From assembly GCA_000934665.2 (NCBI GenBank), contig KZ539044.1:1-35624 (forward strand): 35,624 nt of DNA, given 5' to 3'. The notes under the pieces were generated by a model. It worked only from the letters and a program-made list of their open reading frames with translations. It ran no database searches and was not told where the DNA came from. Origin of the DNA: Catajapyx aquilonaris. Its lineage: Eukaryota. Below, in pieces: positions 1-9,860 of the stretch. Within the stretch, counting starts at the first letter, position 1, and each line of letters begins with the position of its first letter. A program made the position numbers and the translations under genes.

Positions 1-97
1 GACGCAGGCGAAAGGAAAGTTCCCCAGGCGGGGATCGAACCTGGGGCCTTTCGCTCAGCAAGCCGTGACGTTACCATCACGGCCACCACACCTCCCC
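1..97 (-). mobile_element. tRNA-derived SINE, type B, 5' head only (body runs off the window edge)
   Basis: Nearly identical to 6270-6367; minus strand has A box TGGCCGTGATGG and B box GGTTCGATCCC. Confidence 0.85.
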
Positions 98-2298
98 ACG
101 AGAGGTTCCCTTGTAAGTACTGCAGGTGTAGTGCACTTCAGCCACAATAGCAATGGAGACAACCTTACTACGTGTTACTACACATTGCAGATGCTGCTTT
201 TTCCCTGATCATGGCAGAAGTCCTCTTACAAGTTGGCATCCTGAAGGGGAGGGAGGAAAAGGATGAGAGGGGAGTTGGCATGGGTAGTGCTCCTTCACTT
301 CTTCTGACATACTAAAATTTTGCAGGCACAGAAGTACCAACTTGACCCAGGAGAATTTGGACATTTCAACTGATATGGATGTGAGCTAAATTATAAAACA
401 CATGATACTGCCACCATAATGACAAAAAACAAACAAGAACCATTGTCACATTGCATGCAGTAAATTACAAGCGTATATTACTTCACCGTGTTCGATAAAA
501 ATTATCCTGCCACATCGTAAATTGTAGATCCTGGAAAACATCCTTTACCTTTACACCATTAGTAGATGGTCACTACATGATGTAATAGGAATTTAACTTC
601 CTTAAGTCAAATTTCTACTTCTCGATGTTTTTCATAACTAAAACTGCTGGCAATGATTTATTATTGTATTTAAGCATATTTCAGTCTCCAGAAATTGAAG
701 TTTGTGCCAGATTCAGATAGGTTGTTGTACAGTACCACACTGCCAAGGGTTAAAGGCAGACCATAACTTGTGAAATGAATCAACATTTGAAGATCCAAGT
801 GATATTTTTACTGTGATAGTCACTATAATTAATTTTTCAAAGCAAAAATCATTGCACCTCAGAGACACCAGAGGGCCATCAAAAACTGTTTCTCAAAAAC
901 TGTGATGTAACATTATTGTACCACATTTTTGTTTACTTAACATTAAACAATGTGAAAATAAATGTAAATATCCTTGTACAGTTTTCAACTACAATTTTTT
1001 TCATACATCTTTAACTCAAATCTTCCACAACTTGTAGTTTTATGGTGTCAAGCATATGCAGCACAACCTCATCAGCCCATAAGGTACAGTACATTAAAAT
1101 GGTTCAAAGGTGACTAACAGGGTTTCCATTTGGATAGGAGAACATCGAAGACTAACAATCTTAACATCCTGACAAGACACAGCTATTGCCACTTTCATAC
1201 TAATATATCCCAATCATTCTATCTTCTTCACAAGAAAATGGTCACATGCAGTGCAGCAGAAATGCAAGCAATGCAACCACAAAACCTCAGGGAAAGGAGA
1301 GAAATAATCAGGCTGGCAAGCTAGTCAAATTGTGCTGTACCACGCATTATCATACACATTCTCATTAATAATTCACAGACCTTCAAAGGGCTTTCCTAGT
1401 CCCATTTCCATAGGAGTATTCCATGCAGTAAAAGAAACATATAAAATATATTTTGCATGCAATGCACCTCTAACACAGGCACTGTTCAAGCAATATATTT
1501 CTCAAGAAAATTGGAGCTCACACTTTGCGTAAACCCTGAATGATCAAGAAGTTAGATGGAACATGACAGCCCACAACAACTCAACTAAGCTGGCACACTC
1601 AACCCTGGTTGAGAAGCAGAATTGACTCCAGGACCAACTAGACCCCGCAACGAGGAGTTAACTGTCCTTATGTATATGAAGAGGGGGTCAACTCCTTCTC
1701 AAGCTAATGACTACTGTAACTCCATGTTCCATTATCAGTTATGCATATGGGCCATATTAAACAATATGCAACTCTGAATATTGGGTGTCATCTACCATTG
1801 CAGTAATAATTTACACAATAACTGATTGCAGCACCTTCTCTGGCCTTTCATATGCAAGGTTCCTTCAAATCCAATGAAGGTAGGAAATGAAAGGAAATAC
1901 ACGGGGATGGGGTTATGTTCAAACTCACGTAATTCAAAGTGATATTTTTTTAGTCACCTGAATTTGCAATTAACCTGACTGAATTGAGAAGTTTGTTTGG
2001 GACTATAAAACATGCAACAGAATACTTCATGCATGCTAATTGTAAGAACTTTACAACTCTTTTGTGTGAGTTTTTCTTTTAATTAACTGCAACACTTATT
2101 AACCACTTTTATAGGTGAACTCTCCTTATACCTATTAGAGTAGCAAGAAATAGCATACTCAAAGGGATGCAGAGATTCAGCCAAACTCTAAGCTACAACC
2201 ATGAGCTCACTTATCAATGGATAAATAACCAGTCATTTGATAAAACGGTTTGCACAAGAAAAAAAGTCACCATGCAATTCTGCAAGCCTGGTACTGAC

Positions 2299-2389
2299 CT
2301 GTACATAAAGCTCGGTTATCATGAGAGAAAGAGCAGCTTGTAACATAGCGGTAATGGCCTTCCAATACATGGACACAATGTCCTGTGTT
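2299..2389 (-). CDS. WDSUB1: WDSUB1-like protein, coding exon 6 (NTGHCVHVLEGHYRYVTSCSFSHDNRALCT-G); later exons not found in the window
   Basis: ttttgttgcag acceptor, G|GTCAGT donor, 91 bp, phase 0 to 1; resembles WDSUB1 'HTRYVTTCAF' WD repeat; too short for the ORF track. Confidence 0.85.
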
Positions 2390-2490
2390 CTGCAACAAAA
2401 CAAGGCTCTAGCTGTTATGCGGCAATCATCCTGACTTTTGCTTTAAAACTGGTCATCATAGATGCATGTGATTGCTCCATTACTGCCCAA

Positions 2491-2566
2491 GTCCTTGCCA
2501 GGAATCTAACCTGGGACCATGCATGTAACATACTAGCATGTGCTCTACCACTGAGCTACAAGAATC
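2491..2566 (-). pseudogene. Degenerate tRNA-like sequence (tRNA pseudogene or old SINE head) in a WDSUB1 intron
   Basis: Minus strand has TAGCTCAGTGGTAGAGCA (D arm, A box) and GGTTAGATTCC (mutated B box); anticodon arm irregular. Confidence 0.6.
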
Positions 2567-2720
2567 ACTGCAGTAGGAGCAAATCTACATGGCACATGTG
2601 TCTCCTACAAATATTATGTCAGGTGGTTGATATGGAACTGCAACTCGGCCTTCACTTCGAAACAACTCAAGGCACAATTTTTCATGTTCCATTACAAAAA
2701 GAGAAATAGTGCAATCTAAC

Positions 2721-2935
2721 CTTCCAGATGCGCACAGTTTTGTCCCCAGCTGCAGATGCTAGACGATCACCGGAAGGTGAAAAGCGTACACACATGACTG
2801 AAGCACCGTGTCCTTGTAGTGTGTTAAGGCACTGAAGACTGTGCTGAACCCCAAGGGTCACACACCACAGTTTGATGATGTGGTCGTTTCCGCATGTTGC
2901 AAGCAAGTAGCTTGTACACAGTGTACCTTCACCTT
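2721..2935 (-). CDS. WDSUB1: WDSUB1-like protein, coding exon 5 (EGEGTLCTSYLLATCGNDHIIKLW...GDKTVRIWK)
   Basis: cttacag acceptor, AAG|GTTAGA donor, 215 bp, phase 1 to 0; WD40 repeats resembling WDSUB1 'LASCGQDCQVKIW'. Confidence 0.9.
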
Positions 2936-3089
2936 CTGTAAGATTAATTACAAATAAGTCCTTACTGCATAAATGAAACATAATCCACTTAGTTTTGCAA
3001 TCATACCACTAAAATACAAAAATACAATCCACATGTACGCACAGTCAGACTGAGAACAAATCCATTTCACAGTGATTCCCTATACTAAC

Positions 3090-3292
3090 CACGGTTAGTG
3101 AGGGGCTTGGATGAAAAGTCACAACTTGTCACACCCAAGTCATGCACATTCTCTTCAGCCAAAAGGCACTTCCCATATCCGCAACCAACATCCCACAATT
3201 TCATCAGGCCTTGGCTACATGCTGTAACCATGCAATTGCTATCTGGCGTGAATGCCACAGCAAATATTGCACCCTCATGTCCCATGTATGTC
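3090..3292 (-). CDS. WDSUB1: WDSUB1-like protein, coding exon 4 (TYMGHEGAIFAVAF...VHDLGVTSCDFSSKP)
   Basis: tttgcag acceptor, G|GTTAGT donor, 203 bp, phase 2 to 1; HDLGVTSCDFSS matches the WDSUB1 motif HDLGITCCDFSS. Confidence 0.92.
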
Positions 3293-3366
3293 CTGCAAAT
3301 ACCCAATATTAGTGACATCCTTCTTTGTACTGCTGCTGCAATAATATGGTCTATGTCAATTCAAAC

Positions 3367-3512
3367 CTTTGCAAAGTTTTGGCTGCAACATCCCAGACAC
3401 ACACTACACTGCTGTCACCACCAGTTACCAGTAGACCTGAGCTGGGAGCAAAACGGCAAGCCCTGACAGTTGAGCTTCCCGGTTGAGTGAAGGTTGCTAA
3501 TTTCTCACCCGT
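3367..3512 (-). CDS. WDSUB1: WDSUB1-like protein, coding exon 3 (TGEKLATFTQPGSSTVRACRFAP...VWDVAAKTLQ-R)
   Basis: ctttcag acceptor, AG|GTTTGA donor, 146 bp, phase 0 to 2; resembles 'QPSGSPVRVCQFSP'; flanked by two 74-bp introns. Confidence 0.9.
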
Positions 3513-3586
3513 CTGAAAGCATAATACAACAGCAATGCTTTGGACTACAGTATTGTGGACATAATGCAAAGTGTCCCTCAACTCAC

Positions 3587-3758
3587 TGAAGAATCCCAGA
3601 GAATAGCATTTCCATCAATTGAACCAGTGGCTAGCATGGTCCCATATGGAGAGAAGTGGACGCAGGTGACGCCATACTTGTGCTCTCGGAGGGGAGAAAA
3701 GGGCACTTCTGCAAATCCTACACCAGCTTTCCATGCCCATATTCGCACTGTTTTGTCA
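3587..3758 (-). CDS. WDSUB1: WDSUB1-like protein, coding exon 2 (DKTVRIWAWKAGVGFAEVPFSPLREHKYGVTCVHFSPYGTMLATGSIDGNAILWDSS)
   Basis: ttgttacag acceptor, TCA|GTGAGT donor, 172 bp, phase 2 to 0; resembles '[23 protein letters not shown]'; translated by hand. Confidence 0.92.
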
Positions 3759-3835
3759 CTGTAACAAAAAACCCTATTTACATATGTGTTAACTTCAAAA
3801 AAAAAAAAATCCTATTCTAAATTTGTAATGAATTA

Positions 3836-4124
3836 ATAATAATAATAATTCATACCCCGTTATCAGCCTATCGGCTCTTTAGGGGGGAAGTTTTGTTTTG
3901 CCTGGAGCTCTTTGCTTTCATTTTACTGCGCTTTTTGGGATAGGATAGGGACGGAAGGAAGCGGCTGTGGCCTATTAATTACGGAAGCAACTCCGGAATT
4001 TTCCTGGAAGGACCGTGGGAAACCACAGAAAACCACGGTCAGAGTTGCCGGCCCCGGGATTCGAACCCAGCACCTCCCGATTAGCAGTCGGACGCCTTAT
4101 CCACTATGCCAACCTGCTTCGGTA
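3836..4124 (-). mobile_element. tRNA-derived SINE, type A (Lm1-like head and middle domain, (ATT)n tail), full length
   Basis: 15-bp TSD ATTTGTAATGAATTA at 3821-3835 and 4125-4139; A and B boxes; middle domain GGTTTTCTGTGGTTTCCC...AGGCCACAGCCGCTTCCTTCC. Confidence 0.93.
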
Positions 4125-4143
4125 ATTTGTAATGAATTATGTA

Positions 4144-4880
4144 CAGTTTCAACACTTCTATAAGTCGAACTTCCCTAAGTCGAAGTTCTTATAAGTCAAA
4201 GAAAATTATGAGCTTGGTTGGTCACAATGCAAAATAATAGGAAATAAACTTCCCTAACTCGAATTACTATAACTCGAAGAACTCCATAACTCAAAGCGCA
4301 GGCAGGGCCTTACGATGGGATATTGATGCATTTTCAGTCTCCTTAAGTCGAAGTTCATGTTGGCGAGTATGGAAAATTTTCTCATTTCCCAGCCGAAAGG
4401 TCGAGAGTAGGCCACATGTACAATTCCTGATCTCCGTCTACCAGACGTACCGAAAGAAGTGTTTGACTTGATTGTGACAATTGAATTCTTGAATCTAGGA
4501 GTAGGCAAATGTCCATAATGGAGATTTTTTTACAACAAGACAACGAGGAACATTGTAAGTGTGATAGTGACAGTTATTATGAAGTTTTGAACACCTTTCG
4601 TCGCTGGATATAAAGGTAGGCTGCCTTCAAGGGGTTATCAACTCCCTGGAACCAGTGTACACACTGGCCAAGGAACCAGGTGGAACCAGCCTGGAACCGA
4701 TGGAACCAGACTGGAACCGGGTGGAACCTCCCGGTTCCAGGATCTGGTGGACTTTATTGGCGGGGAGTTGCTAACCCCTTGGCTTCCTTATAGAGTTCTG
4801 TACTTTTAAAAATCCAAACTTCTCTAACTCAAAAGTTTTTTTCTGGTCCCATGGAGATTCGACTTGTAGAAGTTTTGCTG
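4144..4880. mobile_element. Non-autonomous Tc1/mariner (pogo/Tigger-like) MITE
   Basis: TA flanks; imperfect TIRs CAG...ACTTCTATAAGTCGAA and TTCGACTTGTAGAAGT...CTG; internal TAAGTCGAA/TAACTCGAA repeats. Confidence 0.75.
4628..4781. mobile_element. 154-bp MITE (hAT- or P-like) nested in the Tc1/mariner MITE
   Basis: 19-bp TIR CAAGGGGTTA(T/G)CAACTCCC; 8-bp TSD GCTGCCTT and GCTTCCTT; internal GGAACC repeats. Confidence 0.75.
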
Positions 4881-5119
4881 TATTTCACATGATGCGTCCC
4901 GATGACATGAATTCAATGTGAGTGCGACATCTTTGCAGCCAAGTGATGCATGAGCCGGATACGCGATTTAGAATAGTGCTCCAAACCATGCGCCCATGGG
5001 GAATGGCCTAAATGGAGGCACACAACTTGGATTCAGGAATCTCATGTGTGAAACAGTGTTAAAACAGGCCTTAGAGTTATACTTTACATGGGCCATTCAA
5101 GTTGCCTCATGTACCTGCT

Positions 5120-5226
5120 GTCCAAGAAGAATTGTCGCAGCGGCAGCGCACGAACTACAGTCTCTCGTGTCCCTGTGCTCGTAGATTGTAGTTCGTGCGC
5201 TGCCGCTGCGACAATTCTTGTTGGAC
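5120..5226. repeat. Near-perfect inverted repeat (107-nt hairpin, ~44-bp arms)
   Basis: AAGAATTGTCGCAGCGGCAGCGCACGAACTACA is the exact reverse complement of TGTAGTTCGTGCGCTGCCGCTGCGACAATTCTT. Confidence 0.9.
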
Positions 5227-5291
5227 TCATAGTACTACATCTTACAGCATGTCAGTAAAACCTCAGTGTGTTTATTCAAGGAAAGAAGGTA

Positions 5292-5670
5292 CAGTACCGC
5301 TCATAAAGAATGGTGCGACTCTATAGACAAAATGTTTATTCTGTTCCCAACCCCTGGGTCACCAGCATGTTTTTAGGGGTCATGAGGAAGGCTGGGAAAA
5401 GGCAATTAAAATCAACTGAGAAAAAAACAAGGCACAGTAAGAAAACTTACGGGGTGAATTCATCTCTCAGATTTATGTAAGCATTGTGCCAGGTTGAACA
5501 TTTTGGTAATAAAAAATTTCGGAAAAAGTCGGTAGGGGGTCATATGGGTCGCCAGAGATCTAGGACAAGTTGTCCATAGTGTCGCAATGAAATCAGGTTG
5601 GGAATAACGCTGGATAGTCATAATAAACACGTCGTCCATAGGGTCGTACCATTCTTTATGAGCGGGACTG
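5292..5670. mobile_element. Tc1/mariner-type MITE
   Basis: TA flanks; ~49-bp imperfect TIRs CAGT(A/C)CCGCTCATAAAGAATGGT(G/A)CGAC. Confidence 0.85.
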
Positions 5671-6030
5671 TACAAGAGGCACAGACTGTCCAAAATAATG
5701 TGATCAGTATAAGCAAATAGCATGTAAACTAGCTCTGCAGGAAGGCATGCTATTTTAAACAGGCAATGCCTTTTACTTGCCCAATGTTTTTAAATGAATG
5801 CGGTATATAATAATGTACAATGGCCATGGTTCAAAATTAATGGACGAAGTAAGGTATTACACAGAAAATATCTACACACTTAAGTGACTTTCATAGTAGT
5901 AGATGTATTGGCCAACACTGGGAGTTTCATATGCCATATCTATATCCATATCTAATAAGCCTCATGAACTTGATAAAGGCAAGTGGCATTTATGGAATGC
6001 CAATGGCCTTTGCAGGAATTCTATAGTTTT

Positions 6031-6367
6031 TTTGTTTTTCTTACGTTACCCCGTGATAAGGCTTAGCCTTTTTTAGGGGGGTGGGATACCACCATTTTCT
6101 CTCCGTTTAACTTCATACACCGGTGCAAGGAGTCTAGGATGTAGGGTAGGGGTAAGAATTTTGGGGAGGGAACATTGGTGCAAGTGCGATGTCGGTAAAG
6201 GGGTCATGTGCTGTCCCCCAGGAGGTTAGGTTGCCAGACACCTCCTTGGTGCAGGTCAGAGACCCTCCTGACGCAGGTGAAAGGAAAGTTCCCCAGGCGG
6301 GGATCGAACCTGGGGCCTTTCACTCAGCAAGCCGAGACGTTACCATCATGGCCACCACACCTCCCCC
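6031..6367 (-). mobile_element. tRNA-derived SINE, type B (different tRNA head, module X, stem-loop tail, A-rich end), full length
   Basis: 16-bp TSD GGAATTCTATAGTTTT at 6015-6030 and 6368-6383; A and B boxes; A-rich tail. Confidence 0.93.
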
Positions 6368-6879
6368 GGAATTCTATAGTTTTAATGTAGAGAAATATGT
6401 GGATTGTGTGTAGCATGTTCACTTTTCTCTCATGATAAAAAGTAAATATTTTCTAAAGCGGCAAAAACTAAAAATTTGGATGCTGTCAGATTTTTTATCT
6501 CTTACAAAAAAAAAATCCTGCATAATGACAGTTGACCTTGATCTCCCCATTTTCAGTATGGAGGGCTTCCTTCCAACCTAATCAATATTTCCCAGCCACA
6601 AATGAACTCAATGAGACTCTCTCTCTATTCCTGGTTTAAAATTTAATTGTCACTAACTGCGTAATTATGGGGGACCGCTCCCAGAATGACTAACTACTGC
6701 CATTCTAAGGAAGGCTGCGGTATGGTGTTGTTTCCTAGCCTCTGGAAAGTCCATGAAGTTTTTCCATGAAAATTACACATATTCAGACATAAGACACCAC
6801 CAGTCACAGCTGTAGGTGCATATTTGCAACAATTTTAATTTCAAAATATTTTAAATGACTAATGAGGCCATTGAAATGT

Positions 6880-7561
6880 AGTTTTTTTATTTTGTACTTT
6901 TTTTTAGATATACCCCGTGCTAGGGCCATAGGCCCTCTTAGGGGAGTGGATTACCACTATCGGTGCAGGGGACAGGGTAGGGATAGGGAGGGGGGGACAC
7001 TGGTGTATGTGCAATCGCAATGTCATCAAGTTGGGGGTCGTGTGCAGTCCCTCAGGGGGCCCGTTCACCAAGATGACCCCCTAGATCTGCCCTGCCAAGC
7101 AAGAATGCAGTAACTAACATTTTGGCGGTAAATGCTTTTTTGTGGAGCATGGTTGGCGCTTTCATTCTGCTTCATTCGGTCTTATTGCGGCCGTCCTCCA
7201 ATATGGCAGTGCCGAGATATTGCAGGCACAAAAAGTAGTATCCTTAGTGTCGTAAATGGAACATGCGAGAGAAATTCGTCATTTTCCGAAAATTTTCTTT
7301 TTGTTAGTTCCTGCGTTCTTGCTTGGCAGGGCAGAGATGCGGGTCAGAAAACCCCACTGACACCGCACCTCCTCCAGGGCAGGGAAAGGAAGGAAGTGGC
7401 TGTGGCCTATTTTATGGTACGATCCCGGAATTTTTCCTGGGGCAACCTTGGGAAACCACAGAAAACCAAGGTCAGGATCGCCGGCCTCCGGGATTCGAAC
7501 CCAGGATTTCCCGATTAGCAGTCGGACACCATATCCACTCCACCACTACTGCTTCGGTAGA
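6880..7561 (-). mobile_element. tRNA-derived SINE, type C (type A head and middle domain, module X, tail), interrupted by a MITE
   Basis: 12-bp TSD CCATTGAAATGT at 6868-6879 and 7562-7573; collinear with 29863-30282 once 7087-7338 is removed. Confidence 0.9.
7087..7334. mobile_element. 248-bp MITE with 4-bp TSD (Sola-like) inserted in a SINE
   Basis: 32-bp TIRs CTGCCCTGCCAAGCAAGAA(T/C)GCAG(T/G)AACTAAC; AGAT duplicated at 7083-7086 and 7335-7338; superfamily inferred from TSD length. Confidence 0.85.
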
Positions 7562-7847
7562 CCATTGAAATGTTAACAATCAACCCATTAGCAAGAGAAT
7601 TTTATCAGCTACCACCCAAACTGTCAGTCATACAGATTAGCCTCAGATGAGGCCTTGAATGCACTTTCAGCTCTTACACATCAATGACAAAATGTCAGCC
7701 TTTTTTTTGCAGACCTCTCCCCTGAAAACGATAAATTAGCAAAATATAGCCTGTCTTGAAGTAATTAATAATGACAGTGGTAGTCAAAATGGCCCATGCC
7801 ACAAAAGGATAAACATACATCTTGAGACTCAGCCTAGCAGTTTTTAA

Positions 7848-8646
7848 CCCTGGAATCATGACGTGCCTGAAAGTGATGTTAGCCGTGACGTGGGAGTTTT
7901 TAGGACCCCATGCCATATTTTTATTTTTATTAATTTTTATTATATAATACTTTTCAATACTGAAGCAGGTTGGTGTAGTGGTTAAGGAGGCCGACTGCTA
8001 ATCGGGAGGTCCTGGGTTCGATTCCCGGGGCGGGTGATCATGACCATGGTTCTCTGTGGTTTCCCATGGTCCCCCCAGGATAATTCCGGGGTCGCTTCCG
8101 TATAATAGGCCACAGGTGCTTCCTTCCTTCCCTATCGTTGGCCCCATCCACGTGTGAAAGTTTCAGAAAGAATTTGAGTGGTAAAATGGTAGTATCCCAC
8201 CCCCCTAATGGAGAGCTGATTCTCCCAATGGGGTCAAATAAATAAATAAAATGAAATGAAATGAAATAAAACTTTTAAATGTATTGACTACATGCAATCA
8301 TTCTTTGAGCAATGCCTAAAATGATCGCTAATTCAAAATAAACACACATGCACTTATTATTATATAAATTTTTTAAATGGCAACAGTTCATGTTTGTAGT
8401 GGAGAGTTTTCTTATTTATCCTAGTATTTATCTACATTTCGGACCTCACGAGAGCATGGGTCCAAAAACAATGACTTATCTACATTTTGGTAGGCGGGAA
8501 AATATATTATAAAACCCATGATCCATGAAATGAAGTCTATTAGAGGAACACGCGCCAGTTTCAGGTTATTATCCTTTCAAGGTCACTCATTGCGATGCAT
8601 TTTAATTCCTTGGGGTCCTCAAAGACCCCATGTCACAGTGCCAGTG
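7848..8646. mobile_element. piggyBac-like non-autonomous element containing a SINE
   Basis: TTAA on both sides; ends CCCTGG and CCAGTG; subterminal inverted motif GTGAC(G/A)TGGG...AGGACCCCA. Confidence 0.65.
7958..8270 (+). mobile_element. tRNA-derived SINE, type A variant with a type-B-like tail ending in (AAAT/GAAAT)n
   Basis: A box TGGTGTAGTGG, B box GGTTCGATTCC, Lm1-like middle domain; degenerate TSD ACTTTT(C/A)AA. Confidence 0.88.
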
Positions 8647-9008
8647 TTAAACAAATACTTCATGTGGTCTCTCCAATGCTACTAAACATCTGTATTTGTC
8701 AAGTGATGCAGAAATGGAATAATGGATTGGTTGGGGAGTGACCTGTAATGAGGCTTATTAGCACTGCCTGGGATGATTCACGGATACTCATCACGTTGCC
8801 ACTGTACAGGGAGAACACTGATGTTCATACCTCGCAATATAATTTCAACTTTAGCTTTTTAAAAATGTTACGCAACATCTGAGCAATTAGCTACGAACCA
8901 ATCTGGCACACCTTTTCCTTTTACCCACTTTTTCCGCCACATCACTTTACTAGCTCATAATAACCAGGCCAAGTCGACAGCAGTTCCTATAGGCTTTTTT
9001 TCCAATCA

Positions 9009-9295
9009 ATAATAATAATTCATACCCCGTTATCAGCCATCGGCTCTTTAGGGGGGAAGTTTGTTTTGTCTGGAACTCTTTGCTTTTCATTTTACTGCGC
9101 TCTTTGGGATAGGATAGGGACGGAAGGAAGCGGCATTGGCCTATTAATTACGAAGCAACTCCGGAATTTTCCTGGAAGGACCCTGGGAAACCACAGAAAA
9201 CCACGGTCAGAGTTGCCGGCCCTGGGATTCGAACCCAGGACCTCCCGATTAGCAGTCGGACGCCTTATCCACTATGCCAAACTGCTTTGGTACTC
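9009..9295 (-). mobile_element. tRNA-derived SINE, type A, full length
   Basis: Highly similar to 3836-4124; TSD TTTTTTCCAATCA at 8996-9008 and 9296-9308. Confidence 0.93.
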
Positions 9296-9353
9296 TTTTT
9301 TCCAATCATGACACGTGACACCTCTCTAATGAAACCTTTCCATTTAAAATTAC

Positions 9354-9460
9354 CTGGACCCTGATGCCAGAAGCCCTTTCCTTGAGAAGTCACAGCTGTT
9401 CACATCGCTGGTATGCCCAGTCAATGTTTGCAGCTGAACTGGTCCAACTCTGGCACACAT
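9354..9460 (-). CDS. WDSUB1: WDSUB1-like protein, first coding exon (MCARVGPVQLQTLTGHTSDVNSCDFSRKGLLASGS-S)
   Basis: ATG at 9460, AG|GTAATT donor in phase 2 joining 3758 in frame (S-DKTVRIW); resembles WDSUB1 N-terminus 'HTLADHGDDVNCCAFS...LLATCSLDKT'; acceptor ccctacag puts the exon start at 9535. Confidence 0.9.
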
Positions 9461-9757
9461 GCTGTCTCCTCTTCCGGCACCCTCTTCCTTCCCGGATCAA
9501 ACTAGCCGACACATGTCACGTAACGTTCCTCGAGGCTGTAGGGTAACAAAACATCCAGTCAATGCCAAGTATAATAGCCCATGCCAAGGCCTGGCCATAT
9601 AGCTCTGAATGAATCATACTAGTCAATTTAACTTAAAAATTATTGGAAAGCATCTAGGCCTAACTAGCACTAGACCAAATATTTGTGTCTAAGCTGTTAT
9701 TAAACCCAAGCCTACTGCAAGGTGACATTATGATTATAGACCACGCCTATACCTTAC

Positions 9758-9860
9758 CTATTGCCTGGACGTCTAAATAATAACACCAAAACACGACAGA
9801 CTAGACCTGTCACATCCCCGTAAACTCGCAGAAAACCACTTGATAAGTGTACAGTCTTGC
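9758..9860 (-). other. Possible non-coding first exon of WDSUB1 (upstream boundary uncertain)
   Basis: Strong donor TAG|GTAAGG at 9758/9757, upstream of the acceptor at 9536; no transcript evidence. Confidence 0.4.

Noticed and set aside
1040..1080. CTGATGA hammerhead-like core on the minus strand
   Set aside because: No matching GAAA core or closing stems found
3098..3764. Plus-strand ORFs of 122 and 74 aa
   Set aside because: Antisense to WDSUB1 exons
7966..8030. tRNA-Ser(GCT)-like sequence
   Set aside because: No proper acceptor stem or long variable arm, and it continues into a SINE body; it is a SINE head, not a tRNA gene
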